Counted from the stretch's first letter, positions 30,179-40,754 are shown. The stretch: DNA of 64,000 nucleotides from a bacterium (GCA_963674695.2 CAXXGI010000003.1:896001-960000), one strand, 5' to 3'. The notes: generated by a model not told the origin, from the sequence alone. Numbers and translations are program-made.

Positions 30179-31390
30179 TTACCCCCCGGAAAAGGCCACT
30201 TGTGCGAACCGCCGCTTGCCCACCTGAACGAGCACCACCCCGCTCGTCGCAATCGTCGCATCTCGATCGGCGATTTTGACCTCATCTACTTTCACCGCCC
30301 CTTGCGTGAGCATGCGCCGCGCATCCGACTTGCTCTCGCACAATCCTGTTTCGACGAGAACATCGACCAATGCGATGCGTGCATCCTTCGCAACGATCGT
30401 CTTCGTTTCGATTTCGTTTGGTTTTCCTTTTCGTGCAAACATACATTCGAATTCATCGCGCGCACCGATGGCCGCTTCTTCCGAATGAAATCGTGCAACG
30501 ATCTCCATCGCAAGATTTTCTTTTGCGAGTTTTGGATGCAGTTTTCCTACGACGAGTTCTTCCTTGAGCTCTTCGATTTCTTCGAGAGAAAGATCGGAGA
30601 GAAGCTCGTAATAATTCCACATCAACTCATCGGAGATCGACATAAGCTTTCCGAAAATCTCACGGGGCGATTCGGTGATGCCAACGTAATTGCCATAGCT
30701 CTTGCTCATCTTTTGCACGCCATCCAAACCCACCAAGAGCGGCATCGTCAGCACCGCCTGCGGCTCCTGATCGTACGCACGCTGAAGATCACGGCCGACG
30801 AGGAGATTGAAAATCTGATCCGAACCACCGAGTTCCACGTCTGCTTCAAGCGCAACCGAATCGTACCCCTGCAACAAGGGATACATGAATTCATGAATAC
30901 CGAGCGTTTCTCCGGATTGAATGCGGCTCCGAAAATCTTCGCGTTCCATCATGCGCGCGACGTTGTATTGCGCCGACAGCTTCAACACGTCAGCCAAGTT
31001 CATCGTGCTCAACCACTCCGAGTTATAACGGAGCTCTACGTTTTCAACGTCGAGAATTTTAGCAGCCTGCTCGATGTATGTTTTGAGATTGGTTGCAATC
31101 TCCGCTGCCGACAGCGGCGGCCGCACTTTATTTCTCCCCGAGGGATCGCCGATCTGCGCCGTACAATCGCCGATCAGGAAGATGACCTGATGGCCGAGAT
31201 CCTGAAACTGCTTCAGTTTCTGCATGACGACCGTATGACCGAGATGCAAATCTGGAGCGGTCGGATCAAAGCCCGCCTTGATTCGCAGCGGTTTCCCACG
31301 CTTGAGTTTCGCAACGAGTTCTTCCTCGTTGACGAAATCAACGGTGCCGCGTCTGATGACCTCCAGCTGTTTTTCTATTGGAATCGCCAT
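30179..31390 (-). CDS. tyrS: Tyrosine--tRNA ligase
   Basis: GFDPTAPDLHLGH (HIGH), YPLLQGYD, KMSKS, C-terminal S4 domain; SD AAGGAGG. Confidence 0.97.
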   Translation of the reverse strand: MAIPIEKQLEVIRRGTVDFVNEEELVAKLKRGKPLRIKAGFDPTAPDLHLGHTVVMQKLKQFQDLGHQVIFLIGDCTAQIGDPSGRNKVRPPLSAAEIATNLKTYIEQAAKILDVENVELRYNSEWLSTMNLADVLKLSAQYNVARMMEREDFRSRIQSGETLGIHEFMYPLLQGYDSVALEADVELGGSDQIFNLLVGRDLQRAYDQEPQAVLTMPLLVGLDGVQKMSKSYGNYVGITESPREIFGKLMSISDELMWNYYELLSDLSLEEIEELKEELVVGKLHPKLAKENLAMEIVARFHSEEAAIGARDEFECMFARKGKPNEIETKTIVAKDARIALVDVLVETGLCESKSDARRMLTQGAVKVDEVKIADRDATIATSGVVLVQVGKRRFAQVAFSGG

Positions 31391-31404
31391 CGTCACAACC
31401 TCCT

Positions 31405-32211
31405 TCATAAATCGTTCTCACTCGCACATCGTTCCCGTATGCGCACGATGGAACGCGCACGCTTCGCCTTCACATCGATGTCGACGAGAATACCTTCGAT
31501 GCGCACATCCCCCTCGGCAACCTTGAATCGCTTCTTCTCCCCCGCGAGGAAACGGTGGAGGGCCACATCCTTGTCCAACCCGATGACGGAGGCATGTGGC
31601 CCGCTCATACCGACGTCGGAGATATAGGCCATGCCCTTCGGCATGATCTCCTCATCAGAGGTTTGAACATGCGTATGCGTTCCAAACAGGAGTTGCACCC
31701 GCCCGTCCAGATACCAGGCCAGCGCACGCTTCTCGCTGGTGGCTTCGGCGTGAAAATCGACGATGACGATATCGGCCCGAGCCTTAAACTCGGCCAGCAG
31801 CACATCCATCGCCCGAAAGGGATCTGAAGCAGTCTTGCCCTTCTCATCCATAAAGATGCGGCCTTGGAGCGAGACGACCCCAACGCGGGTGCCCTCATTC
31901 GCCATAAAGATGCCGGATCCGTGCCCCGGCAAGGAGACGTCTACATTATATGGTCGCAGAATTGGATGCGTTTCGAAATAGGGGCGAAGGGTGTCGTGCT
32001 CCCATATATGATTGCCCGCGGTGAGCACGTGGACGGGACTTTCCAGGATTTCTTCCGCCACCTTCGGCGTCACTCCCCGCCCGCCGGCCGCATTCTCCGC
32101 GTTGGCGACGACAAAGTCCACGCGGTGCTTGCGAACGAGCACAGGCAAGGCCTCCCGGAAGGCGCGCCTTCCAGGACGACCAAAGATATCACCGATAGCA
32201 AGGAGTTTCAT
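31405..32211 (-). CDS. ymdB: YmdB-like metallophosphoesterase (TIGR00282)
   Basis: GDIFGRPG, NAENAAGG, GNH, DFHAEATSEK, GTHTHVQT. The upstream PDWPDW extension comes from a repeat. Confidence 0.92.
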   Translation of the reverse strand: MKLLAIGDIFGRPGRRAFREALPVLVRKHRVDFVVANAENAAGGRGVTPKVAEEILESPVHVLTAGNHIWEHDTLRPYFETHPILRPYNVDVSLPGHGSGIFMANEGTRVGVVSLQGRIFMDEKGKTASDPFRAMDVLLAEFKARADIVIVDFHAEATSEKRALAWYLDGRVQLLFGTHTHVQTSDEEIMPKGMAYISDVGMSGPHASVIGLDKDVALHRFLAGEKKRFKVAEGDVRIEGILVDIDVKAKRARSIVRIRERCASENDL

Positions 32212-32219
32212 GCAGCCCT

Positions 32220-32309
32220 GCGAGTCAAGCCAGTCAGGCCAGTCAGGCCAGTCAGGCAAACCACGTGTTCAACCTGTCTCGCTTGACTGGCATTTCTCGC
32301 CTGACTCGC
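32220..32309. repeat. 9-bp tandem repeat hairpin element (GCCAGTCAG family)
   Basis: gcgagtcaa gccagtcag x3, then inverted arm ctgtctcgc ttgactggc atttctcgc ctgactcgc. Confidence 0.85.
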
Positions 32310-32312
32310 GCT

Positions 32313-33881
32313 TTATTTGGCATATTCCGTTGCCCGTGTTTCTCGAATGACCGTCACCTTGATCTGGCCGGGATAGGTCATCTCTGCCTCGATCTTCTTG
32401 GCGATGTCCTTGGACAGCACCGTCGCATCGGCATCGTTGACCTCGTTGTTGGCGACCATGACCCGGATCTCGCGTCCAGCCTGGATCGCATAGGCCTTAT
32501 CCACCCCCTTGAATGACGTGGAAATCCGCTCGAGATCCTCGAGTCGCTTGACGTAGGCCTCGAGCACCTCGCGCCGGGCACCGGGACGCGCGCCGGAGAG
32601 CGCATCCGCCGCATCAACGACCATATCGAGGGGACTCGTCTGCGCCAGATCCTCGTGGTGAGCGCCAACGGCGTGCACCACATCCGGATCCTCGCGATAC
32701 TTCTTGCAGTACTCCATGCCGATCAGGGCGTGGCTTCCCTCCACCTCGTGACTGACCGCCTTACCGATGTCGTGCAACAGCCCTGCACGCCGCGCCTTGG
32801 CCTCATCCACCCCCAGCTCAGAGGCCATCATCCCCGCGAGATAGGCGACCTCCTTGGTGTGCTGCAGGACGTTCTGCGCGAAGCTGTAGCGATATTTGAG
32901 CGCGCCCAGGAGCTTGATCAGCTCGGGATGCACGTTGGCCACATTCAGTTCGAGGCAGAGCTGTTCCCCCGCCTCCTTGATGGAACCCTCGACCTCTTTG
33001 GTCACCTTGGCGACCATCTCTTCGATGCGCGTCGGGTGAATGCGCCCATCAGCGATGAGCTGTTCGAGCGTAAGACGCGCCACTTCGCGTCGAACCGGGT
33101 TAAACCCCGAGAGGATCACTGCTTCAGGCGTATCGTCGATGACAAAGTCAATGCCGGTTGCGGCCTCGAGCGCACGGATATTGCGTCCCTCGCGCCCAAT
33201 GATGCGACCCTTCATCTCATCGCCGGGGAGCGCCACCACGGAGATCGCGCGCTCGGCGGTATACTCGGAGGCAAGCCGCTCCATCGCGGTGGAGATGATC
33301 ATCTTCGACTTCTTCCCCGCCTCCTCTTTGGCCCGCTCCTCGATTTCGAGGACAGAGCGTGCGGCATCCTGTTTCGCCTCATCGATGACCTGTTCGCGCA
33401 GCTGCCGCTTGGCCTCCTCTGAGGAGATGCCCGCGACCTGCTCGAGCTGGTGGCGCACGTCGCTCACCAACTCCATGTAGCGCTTCTCCAGCCCCTCGAC
33501 ATGCTGTTTCCGATCCTGAATCGACTGCTCGGTGCGATGGAGTTCATCCTCCTTCGCTTCGACCAGATTGAACTTTTTTTCCAGGTTATCTTCCTTGACC
33601 TGCAAGCGTTTCTCCATGCTCTGCAGCTCACGCGTCTTCTCCTGGGATTCTTTTTCAAAATCGGTCTTGGCCTTCAGCTTGATATCCTTCGCCTCGAGCT
33701 CAGCATCCTTGCGGATGCCGCGACCGTCTTGCTCGGCCTCGCGAATGATCGCGACGGCGCGCTCCTCCGCCTCATGGATCTTCTTTCCGCTGATCTGCTT
33801 GCGAACGACGATTCCAACAGCGAGGCCTGTCAACAGCCCCGAAACGACGAAGAGAATGGCATGCCAGAGTTCGAATTGCAC
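32313..33881 (-). CDS. rny: Ribonuclease Y
   Basis: N-terminal TM, coiled coil, KH ([14 protein letters not shown]), HD (LLHDIGK), [11 protein letters not shown]. Confidence 0.97.
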   Translation of the reverse strand: MQFELWHAILFVVSGLLTGLAVGIVVRKQISGKKIHEAEERAVAIIREAEQDGRGIRKDAELEAKDIKLKAKTDFEKESQEKTRELQSMEKRLQVKEDNLEKKFNLVEAKEDELHRTEQSIQDRKQHVEGLEKRYMELVSDVRHQLEQVAGISSEEAKRQLREQVIDEAKQDAARSVLEIEERAKEEAGKKSKMIISTAMERLASEYTAERAISVVALPGDEMKGRIIGREGRNIRALEAATGIDFVIDDTPEAVILSGFNPVRREVARLTLEQLIADGRIHPTRIEEMVAKVTKEVEGSIKEAGEQLCLELNVANVHPELIKLLGALKYRYSFAQNVLQHTKEVAYLAGMMASELGVDEAKARRAGLLHDIGKAVSHEVEGSHALIGMEYCKKYREDPDVVHAVGAHHEDLAQTSPLDMVVDAADALSGARPGARREVLEAYVKRLEDLERISTSFKGVDKAYAIQAGREIRVMVANNEVNDADATVLSKDIAKKIEAEMTYPGQIKVTVIRETRATEYAK

Positions 33882-33992
33882 CGGAACCTCCTATGAAAAA
33901 GCGATCATACCGCCCGTCTCACCTGCACGCCGCATCCACCGCCGTGCGAATGCTTTCAGGACAGACTTCGACCGCTGTGTTGGCCTCACCCA

Positions 33993-34565
33993 TCAGGAAC
34001 ACCGGATCATACGCGTATCCGTGATGATCCAATCGACCCGTTTCCCGCGCACCCCCATCGGCAGCTGCCCAACGATCTGAAACTCATAGGCGAGCGCCAC
34101 ACGCGTGCCGCGAAAATTCTCCAGACAGGCATCATAAAATCCCCTGCCCCAACCCATGCGACATCCTTGGAGATCAAACGCCACCCCGGGAACGATGAGA
34201 ACATCCAGGTCATCCATATCGCGCAGACGACTCTGCCGACCGGATGGCTCACTCGAGCCGTCCTCACACCGCTCCAGGTCATCGAGCGTAATCACGCGAT
34301 AGTAGTCCAGAGCTTCACCCTCGGAGACCGCCTTCGGATAGTAGATCTCCTTGCGATAGCGATCCCCTTCCGTGAAGAGAAGATCCGTACGCACCTCGTT
34401 GCGATGGGCCAGATAGAGCCCAACACGGCGAGCGGTGCGAAACTCTTCCATCAGAAGGACGCGGCGCTGAATCGACTCGCTGGCGTCGGCAATCTCAATT
34501 TCTTTGAGTTCATCGCGCGTGGAAACCACGCGATTAAAGATGGCCGTCTTCGTTTCCGTCGACAT
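33993..34565 (-). CDS. ygfA: 5-formyltetrahydrofolate cyclo-ligase
   Basis: NEVRT, YYPK, DVLIVPGVAFD, RMGWGRGFYD, AYEFQ; conserved synteny with zapA and 6S. Confidence 0.9.
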   Translation of the reverse strand: MSTETKTAIFNRVVSTRDELKEIEIADASESIQRRVLLMEEFRTARRVGLYLAHRNEVRTDLLFTEGDRYRKEIYYPKAVSEGEALDYYRVITLDDLERCEDGSSEPSGRQSRLRDMDDLDVLIVPGVAFDLQGCRMGWGRGFYDACLENFRGTRVALAYEFQIVGQLPMGVRGKRVDWIITDTRMIRCS

Positions 34566-34990
34566 GGAAAAATCCCTCCCGGATCAGGAGGAAGGAGAGC
34601 GAAGGGATACGACAGATGGAGCATAATAAGGCAAAGCGCAGCGGTGGCCGATCCATTATGCGATACGATGGGCCTGGCCCTTTCAAATGGTAACCGCCTC
34701 CGAAACGAACGGCATTGCGCTCGATGATGGTCTCTATGCTGCAGCCGACAAAAACCGTTGCCGACCCGCCATGAAAGCTCCCGCCGATATCAACCGAAGG
34801 GGCTCCCCCTCAACTCCGTAAACCCGCGTTCATCTTCCTCTTTCGACTAACGGCTATAACTGAACCCCCAGGAGAATTCAATAGGATTCACCAACCCGGG
34901 AAATCAACATAACCAACTGATATCATTAATGATGAACAAGCACCTTCCTTCAAAACTGCCCCTGTGCCCACCGACGAGCAGATAAAAAAA

Positions 34991-35215
34991 TCCCCCCGCG
35001 TTGAGCCGTGTGGCGTATGCATTTCGAACCCTGACAATGTCAGGTGGGTGGTCGTATTGCTGCTTTAGGCTTCCCGCACCCTCGATAAACCGACGACCAT
35101 GAGGACATCCGTTTATCGAAGGCGCGGTCATGCACACCACAGCAGGGAACAACCCCCGAATGCTAGCTGTCGGTTCCAAAATGGCGACCGCCAAACACGC
35201 ACCCCGCAGGGGGAA
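34991..35215 (-). ncRNA. ssrS: 6S RNA
   Basis: Lies between zapA and ygfA; closing stem TCCCCCTGCG/CGCGGGGGGA; motifs GAACCGAC...GGAAGCC...CACCCACCT...GGTTC. Confidence 0.85.
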
Positions 35216-35243
35216 ATCCTAAAACAAATTAAAAAAGAACAGG

Positions 35244-35522
35244 TTACATCTGCAAATCAATCAACTCGATGAGATTCTGAACCTTCTTCTTCGCCGTGTC
35301 GAATCGATCATCCCGGTCGCGCAACAACTTGAAGTGCTCATCGGCAATGTTCATCGCCGCCAGGATCACGACGTTGAGCGAGGCCACCGACTGCGTATTC
35401 TGCATGACCTCGTTGATCTTCCTATCCACATGCGCCGCAACCCGCTGAATATAGTCTTCGCTCGAATCGCTCTTGATCATGAACTTCTGGCCCATGATCG
35501 ACACTTCGGTGGTTCGCTTCAC
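35244..35522 (-). CDS. zapA: Cell division protein ZapA
   Basis: EVSIMGQKFMIK...YIQRVAAHVD...VILAAMNIADE. Confidence 0.92.
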   Translation of the reverse strand: MKRTTEVSIMGQKFMIKSDSSEDYIQRVAAHVDRKINEVMQNTQSVASLNVVILAAMNIADEHFKLLRDRDDRFDTAKKKVQNLIELIDLQM

Positions 35523-35548
35523 GTGTGGTCCCCTCTCTTGACCCCCCT

Positions 35549-35578
35549 ATCATACGTGTTTTCCGTGGGGTCCGTCAA
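35549..35578 (-). promoter_or_regulatory. Candidate sigma70 promoter for zapA-6S
   Basis: TTGACG-18 bp-TATGAT. Confidence 0.5.
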
Positions 35579-35755
35579 GTTCATGAAGCCCTTGAAACCT
35601 CTGGCTTCCACTGCCTGATGCGACAACGCTTTTTCAACAAGAAACATGCCAGCACACCATCGAGCCAGTAAATACCGATATCAAAAAAAGAACCTACTAT
35701 CAAGCCTCTAGAGCAAAACCCCTCGAATCGATGCGAGCATACCGCAGGCAACGCA

Positions 35756-37819
35756 TTAGACAAGCAGAAAAAGAATTTCACGGTTCGGCATATCGACCTC
35801 TTCGACTTCGATGCGAACCGACTCCCCCACGCGATAGCGACGCTTGCTCCGACGTCCGACAAGCTCCAGCCCGTTATCCGACAACTGATACTGGTCGTCA
35901 TCGAGCGAGCTGATATGAACGAGCCCCTCCACAAAATAATCGATGAGCTCCACGAAGAAACCGAATTTGGTCACATGCGAGATGATGCCATCGAACTCAT
36001 CGCCGATGTGCCCCTGGATGAATTTCGCGGCGTAGAGCTTGGCCATCTCGCGCTCGGCCTCCACCGCAATCCGTTCACGGCGTGAACAGTGGATGGCCAT
36101 CTCTTCTAATTCTCGTGGTCTCGTGGTCTCGTGGTCTCGTGGTCTCGTATGCTTTCGCCCCTTTTGCGCCAATCGCTGAATCAGGAGACGATGGACGATC
36201 AGATCCGGATAGCGGCGAATGGGCGAGGTGAAGTGGCAATAGCAGGTCGAGGCCAAGCCGTAATGCCCCCCGTTCTCAGCGCTGTAAACCGCCTGCGACA
36301 TCGACCGCAGCAACATGTGGTTGATGAGCCGCTCCTCCGGACGCCCGTGCGCCCGGCGCACCACATCGGCCAGATCCCCCGGCGGCAGATCCGCACGCGG
36401 TCGAAAGCGAATCCCCACGTTGTGCACCAGCGTCGCAAACGCACTGATCTTCTCCTCGGAGGGGCTATCGTGCACGCGATAGAGACATCCCGCGCCCGAC
36501 TTCGTCAGAAATCGAGCGACCGCCTCATTGGCCGCAATCATGAACTCTTCGATCATCATGTGGCCGATGTGTCGTTCGGCGCGAACGATGTCCTCGATCT
36601 CGCCCTGCATATCGATCACGATCTCCGGTTCGGGCAGGTCAAAGTCGATCGAGCCGCGCTTGAGACGAGAGCGACGCAAACGCTCAAAGCAGTCCTGCAT
36701 CAACTCGAAATCGTCGAGACGATCGGCGTACGCCCGGCGCTGGGCCGCATCCTTCTCCACGAGGATGCGTTTCATCGCCGTATAGGTCATACGCGCATGA
36801 CTTCGAATGATGCTGCGATAAAACCGACTGCGCCGGACCTCGCCATCCGGCGCGATGTCGAGTTCAGCGGTGAGGGTGAGGCGATCCTCATCCGGCTTCA
36901 AGCTACAGACGCCGTTGGAGAGCACCTCGGGCAACATGGGCAGGCAATCGCCGGGAAAATAGACCGACGTGGCGCGTGCGTATGCCTCGGCATCGAGCAC
37001 GGTTTGCGGCCGCACGAAGGCGGAGACATCCGCGATGGAGACCCGAAGACGGATATGATCGTTCTGGATCCGCTCGACCGCAACGGCATCGTCGAAATCC
37101 TTGGCCGTCTCGCCGTCGATGGTCACGAAGGGAATGTGCGTGAGATCCTCTCGACCCTTGCGCATGTCGTCCATGTGTTCGGACACCTCACGGGCCTCGT
37201 GCTCCACGCGCTTTGGAAATGCGCGCTCGAGCTGATGGCGCGCGATGACGGCGGCCTTTTCGGTGGCCTCCTCGCCGCGTCGGCCGAGAACGGTGACCAC
37301 CTCGCCGATCATAGGATTGTCTTCCTGCGGATATTCCCGAATGCGCACGATGACGTTGTCGTTGTGGTGCGCCCCGCCCAGGGCATCATCCGGAATGGTG
37401 ATCCGATGCCGCACACGACGATCATCGGCGACGACCTGACAGACGCGCCCGAGGCGCTCGAACCGGCCCATGAGCGTGAGGACGCGTCGTTCGACGATGC
37501 GCAGGATGCGCCCCTCGAACTTCTCGCCCCGGCTCGGGATGATGCTCGCCTCTACGACGTCCGTATGCAGGGCATCGCCGACATAACGCGCGGGAATGAA
37601 GACATCGGCCTGGTCGGGCTGCCCGGATGTAACGAACCCGTATCCGTCCCGATGCAGGCGCAGCTCGCCGATCATCGTCGGCGTCTTCTTCGATTTTGCC
37701 GGCGCGGCTTCCTGCTTCTGCTGTCGGGCCTGTTTTCCCGGACGACGCTTTTGCGGGCTGCGCCCCAGCCCCCGCGCTCCGGAACCCCGGCGTGAACTCT
37801 TTTTCGATTGTTTCGTCAT
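35756..37819 (-). CDS. rnr: Ribonuclease R
   Basis: HRDGYGFV cold-shock domain, TIDGETAKDFDDA, IEEFMIAAN, HFTSPIRRYPDL, S1 domain. Confidence 0.96.
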   Translation of the reverse strand: MTKQSKKSSRRGSGARGLGRSPQKRRPGKQARQQKQEAAPAKSKKTPTMIGELRLHRDGYGFVTSGQPDQADVFIPARYVGDALHTDVVEASIIPSRGEKFEGRILRIVERRVLTLMGRFERLGRVCQVVADDRRVRHRITIPDDALGGAHHNDNVIVRIREYPQEDNPMIGEVVTVLGRRGEEATEKAAVIARHQLERAFPKRVEHEAREVSEHMDDMRKGREDLTHIPFVTIDGETAKDFDDAVAVERIQNDHIRLRVSIADVSAFVRPQTVLDAEAYARATSVYFPGDCLPMLPEVLSNGVCSLKPDEDRLTLTAELDIAPDGEVRRSRFYRSIIRSHARMTYTAMKRILVEKDAAQRRAYADRLDDFELMQDCFERLRRSRLKRGSIDFDLPEPEIVIDMQGEIEDIVRAERHIGHMMIEEFMIAANEAVARFLTKSGAGCLYRVHDSPSEEKISAFATLVHNVGIRFRPRADLPPGDLADVVRRAHGRPEERLINHMLLRSMSQAVYSAENGGHYGLASTCYCHFTSPIRRYPDLIVHRLLIQRLAQKGRKHTRPRDHETTRPRELEEMAIHCSRRERIAVEAEREMAKLYAAKFIQGHIGDEFDGIISHVTKFGFFVELIDYFVEGLVHISSLDDDQYQLSDNGLELVGRRSKRRYRVGESVRIEVEEVDMPNREILFLLV
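36111..36148. repeat. Perfect 8-bp tandem repeat inside rnr
   Basis: (TCTCGTGG)4 + TCTCGT; encodes TRPRDHETTRPRE. Confidence 0.9.
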
Positions 37820-37882
37820 AGGCGTGCAAGGATACGCGATTAAGCGAGCCGGGGCAATCGAGGAATGGATGGGGAGACGAGC

Positions 37883-39259
37883 CTACATCATCCCCAGCTC
37901 TTTCATCTTGGCATAGAGCGTGGTGCGTCCGATCTCGAGACGCTTGGCCGCCTTGGACTTATCGCCCGAGACGACGTGCAGCGTCTGCTCGATGACGTGC
38001 CGTTCGGCGCGCGCCACATACGCTTTGAGGGTGGCAACCGTGGCATGTTGTTGCGGCAACGGGACGTGATCGCCGTCGCATGCGGGCGAACCACAGCCGT
38101 TGAGCGCCCAGGAGGGAAAGATCGATTCCTCGATCACCTCTCCCGGCGCCAGGATCGTGAGCGACTGCACCACATTGGCGAGTTCACGGACGTTCCCCGG
38201 CCAGTGGTAGGCCATGAGCCGTCCCATCGCCCCGGCCGACATGCGTTTGACCACATCATGCACCACGAACTGCGAGAGAAAGTGATCGACGAGCGCGGGA
38301 ATATCCTCGATGCGCTCGCGCAGCGGCGGCATCGCCAGCTGGATGACGCGCAGGCGGTGATAGAGATCCATGCGAAATTCACCGCGGCTGACCCGCTCTT
38401 CGAGCAGATCGTTGGTCGCCGAGATGACGCGAAAGTCGGCCCGGATCGTCTCGTTTCCACCGACGCGGCAGAACTCGCCCTCCTGCAACACGCGCAGGAT
38501 CTTGGCCTGCAGATCGAGTTTGAGCGCACCGATCTCGTCGAGAAAGATGTCGCCGCCATCGGCGAGCTCGAAGCGACCGATGCGCCTCTTCACCGATCCG
38601 GTATAGGCGCCCGGCTCCGAACCGAAGAGCTCCGCTTCGAGCAAGTTCTCTGGAATGGCCGCGCAGTTGACCGCGATGAAGGGACGCGCCGAATCCCCCT
38701 CACGCCGATGGATATAGCGGGCGAGCAGATCCTTTCCCGTTCCGGTCTCGCCGACGATGAGGACATTGGCCTGATGGCCTTTGAGCTGATCGGCCTGGGC
38801 CAGCACCTGATGAATCACATCGCCCGTATAGATGATATGCTTGCGGTGATCGTCGCAATTCTGCGTCTCCACGAGCGCGGCATAGCGTTCACGCACGCGG
38901 CGCGTCTGTTCCTGACGCGTGATGATCGCCTCGAGTTCGTCCCGATCGATCGGCTTGGTCAGGTAGTCGACCGCACCGGCGCGCAGGGCCCCGACCACCG
39001 TCTTCGGATCGCGCCGACCGGAGAGCATCGCGATATTGGCCGAGGGGTGGGCATGACAGATGCGCCGGATTCCCTCGATGCCATCCTCGTCGCCCAGCCC
39101 CACGTCGAGCAGGACGAGATCGACCGCGTCCCGACGGAGGGCGATGATCCCTTCCTCGATGCTGCCCGCAGTGGAGACCGCATAGGTCTCGCGCAGCTGC
39201 ATGCGCACGCTGATCAGGAAATCGGTATCGTCGTCAATGCACAGTATTTTCAGTTTCAT
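37883..39259 (-). CDS. sigma54-dependent response regulator (NtrC-type REC-AAA+-HTH)
   Basis: Receiver, GETGTGKD, AELFG..GAYTGS, FLDEIG, WPGNVREL, Fis-type HTH; SD AGGAGG before MKLKIL. Confidence 0.95.
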   Translation of the reverse strand: MKLKILCIDDDTDFLISVRMQLRETYAVSTAGSIEEGIIALRRDAVDLVLLDVGLGDEDGIEGIRRICHAHPSANIAMLSGRRDPKTVVGALRAGAVDYLTKPIDRDELEAIITRQEQTRRVRERYAALVETQNCDDHRKHIIYTGDVIHQVLAQADQLKGHQANVLIVGETGTGKDLLARYIHRREGDSARPFIAVNCAAIPENLLEAELFGSEPGAYTGSVKRRIGRFELADGGDIFLDEIGALKLDLQAKILRVLQEGEFCRVGGNETIRADFRVISATNDLLEERVSRGEFRMDLYHRLRVIQLAMPPLRERIEDIPALVDHFLSQFVVHDVVKRMSAGAMGRLMAYHWPGNVRELANVVQSLTILAPGEVIEESIFPSWALNGCGSPACDGDHVPLPQQHATVATLKAYVARAERHVIEQTLHVVSGDKSKAAKRLEIGRTTLYAKMKELGMM

Positions 39260-39298
39260 GCCATCCCTCCTGAATCGACTCATTTGGTCCTCCGAATA

Positions 39299-39314
39299 AG
39301 CAATATTTGTGCCA
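39299..39314 (-). promoter_or_regulatory. sigma54 (-24/-12) promoter
   Basis: TGGCAC-AAATA-TTGCT, a consensus match, 40 bp upstream of the activator start. Confidence 0.85.
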
Positions 39315-39611
39315 TGCCCCGCGATAGAAATGAACACCTTGAAATAAAAGCGTATTTACTCAAGTGCCTAGTGCGCTGTGCCCTTCAATTCAAGGAAATT
39401 CCTAAAATCCGAACACATTGTGCGTTCGAAATCCGGGATTCCGTACTCATTCCGGGACATTCGGAATCTGAAAAAATATGAAGGGAGCAGTCAGAGATTC
39501 CCCTTCCAACCGAGAATTCGTTGACATATTTTACATTGCAATGCTAGGGATGAATTTGCTTTTTCAGATTGTCTGGTATAGAGAAGGACTAACTACTGGG
39601 AGGCCACCGCT

Positions 39612-40733
39612 ATGAAGAAAACGAAGACCGCAAAGCGCGCCAAATCAGCATCACGGAAACAGACCACCAGCAAACCGAAGAAGAAAGCAGCAAAGAAGAA
39701 GGTGGTCAGGAGAAAAACGGTAAAAAAGAAGGTCTCCCGAAAGAAGGTTCAGAAGAAGGTGAAGAAAAAACGCACGACGGTAGCCAAGAAGAAGACGGTC
39801 AAAAAGAAAAAGGTGGTGAAGAAAAAAGTCGTGAACAAGAAGAAGAAGAAGGTCGTGAAGAAAAAGAAGAAGGCCGTCCTCAAGAAGAAGCCAGCCGCAC
39901 GCGCGAAATCATCTTCGAAGAAAAAAATATCCCCTGCAAAAAAGAAGAAATCGCGAAAAACAACCGCTTCCTCCAACATCGTCACCGCCAGCCTCGGCTT
40001 CGAAGAGATTTTCGCCGGCATCCCCGAAGATGGCCATGGGCGGGTTTCGACGATCGAGACCAAGACCGATCCGTTCGTCACCTCGGCGTTGCGCATGAAT
40101 CGTTCGACAAAGACCGCCACTCCGAAGAAAGATCCCAACAACGCGACGCTGCTCGCCATCGCCCCGCACTTCGTCTTCGCCTACTGGGAGGTCAGCGCCG
40201 AAGCCATGATCGAAGCCGCCGACCGCGTCGGGTCCGATGCCCAACTGGTGCTCCGGCTCTACGACGTCACCCACCCCACCGACCTTGAGACCTGCCCACG
40301 CTGGGATGTGGAGATCTTTGACCGGATGGGCAATTGGTATCTCAAGGTGAGCGACCCCAACCAGCGCTTCATGCTCGACATCGGCATGAGCAATGCAGTG
40401 GGCGGCTTTGAAAAGCTGACCCAGGCCGAGGTCATGCGCATGCCGGCCGAGATGATCTCACAATCCGGACCGCTGAAGTGGCTTACCACCAAGCAGGTAC
40501 AACAGCCCGCAAAGCGCGGAACGTTCGGCCAAACGGTGATCCTGGAAGAGGAATATACCGACGCCAGCCCGGACCGGCTGAAGAAAATCCTGGGCCCCTA
40601 CTTCTATGACCTGCTCATGCGCGGTCGCATGGAATCCATCGCGGGCACGAGCACGGAAGCGATTTTTCAGGATATCAGCACGCTTTCCGGCAATGAGACG
40701 ACCTCGCCGGACAACACCTGGTCCTCAACCTGA
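39612..40733 (+). CDS. DUF4912-domain protein with Lys-rich histone-like N-terminus
   Basis: About 115 aa of K/V/A repeats, then LLAIAPHFVFAYWEV...LVLRLYDVT...GNWY. Confidence 0.85.
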   Translation: MKKTKTAKRAKSASRKQTTSKPKKKAAKKKVVRRKTVKKKVSRKKVQKKVKKKRTTVAKKKTVKKKKVVKKKVVNKKKKKVVKKKKKAVLKKKPAARAKSSSKKKISPAKKKKSRKTTASSNIVTASLGFEEIFAGIPEDGHGRVSTIETKTDPFVTSALRMNRSTKTATPKKDPNNATLLAIAPHFVFAYWEVSAEAMIEAADRVGSDAQLVLRLYDVTHPTDLETCPRWDVEIFDRMGNWYLKVSDPNQRFMLDIGMSNAVGGFEKLTQAEVMRMPAEMISQSGPLKWLTTKQVQQPAKRGTFGQTVILEEEYTDASPDRLKKILGPYFYDLLMRGRMESIAGTSTEAIFQDISTLSGNETTSPDNTWSST

Positions 40734-40754
40734 TCCGCGCACACCCGTCATTCG

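Noticed and set aside
32212-32259. N-terminal MPDWPDWPDW extension of the YmdB-like protein
   Set aside because: Translation of the 9-mer repeat; the family starts at MKLLAIGD
29972-39481. Plus-strand ORFs 29972-31627, 36131-37795 and 37865-39481
   Set aside because: Antisense to tyrS, rnr and the sigma54 regulator
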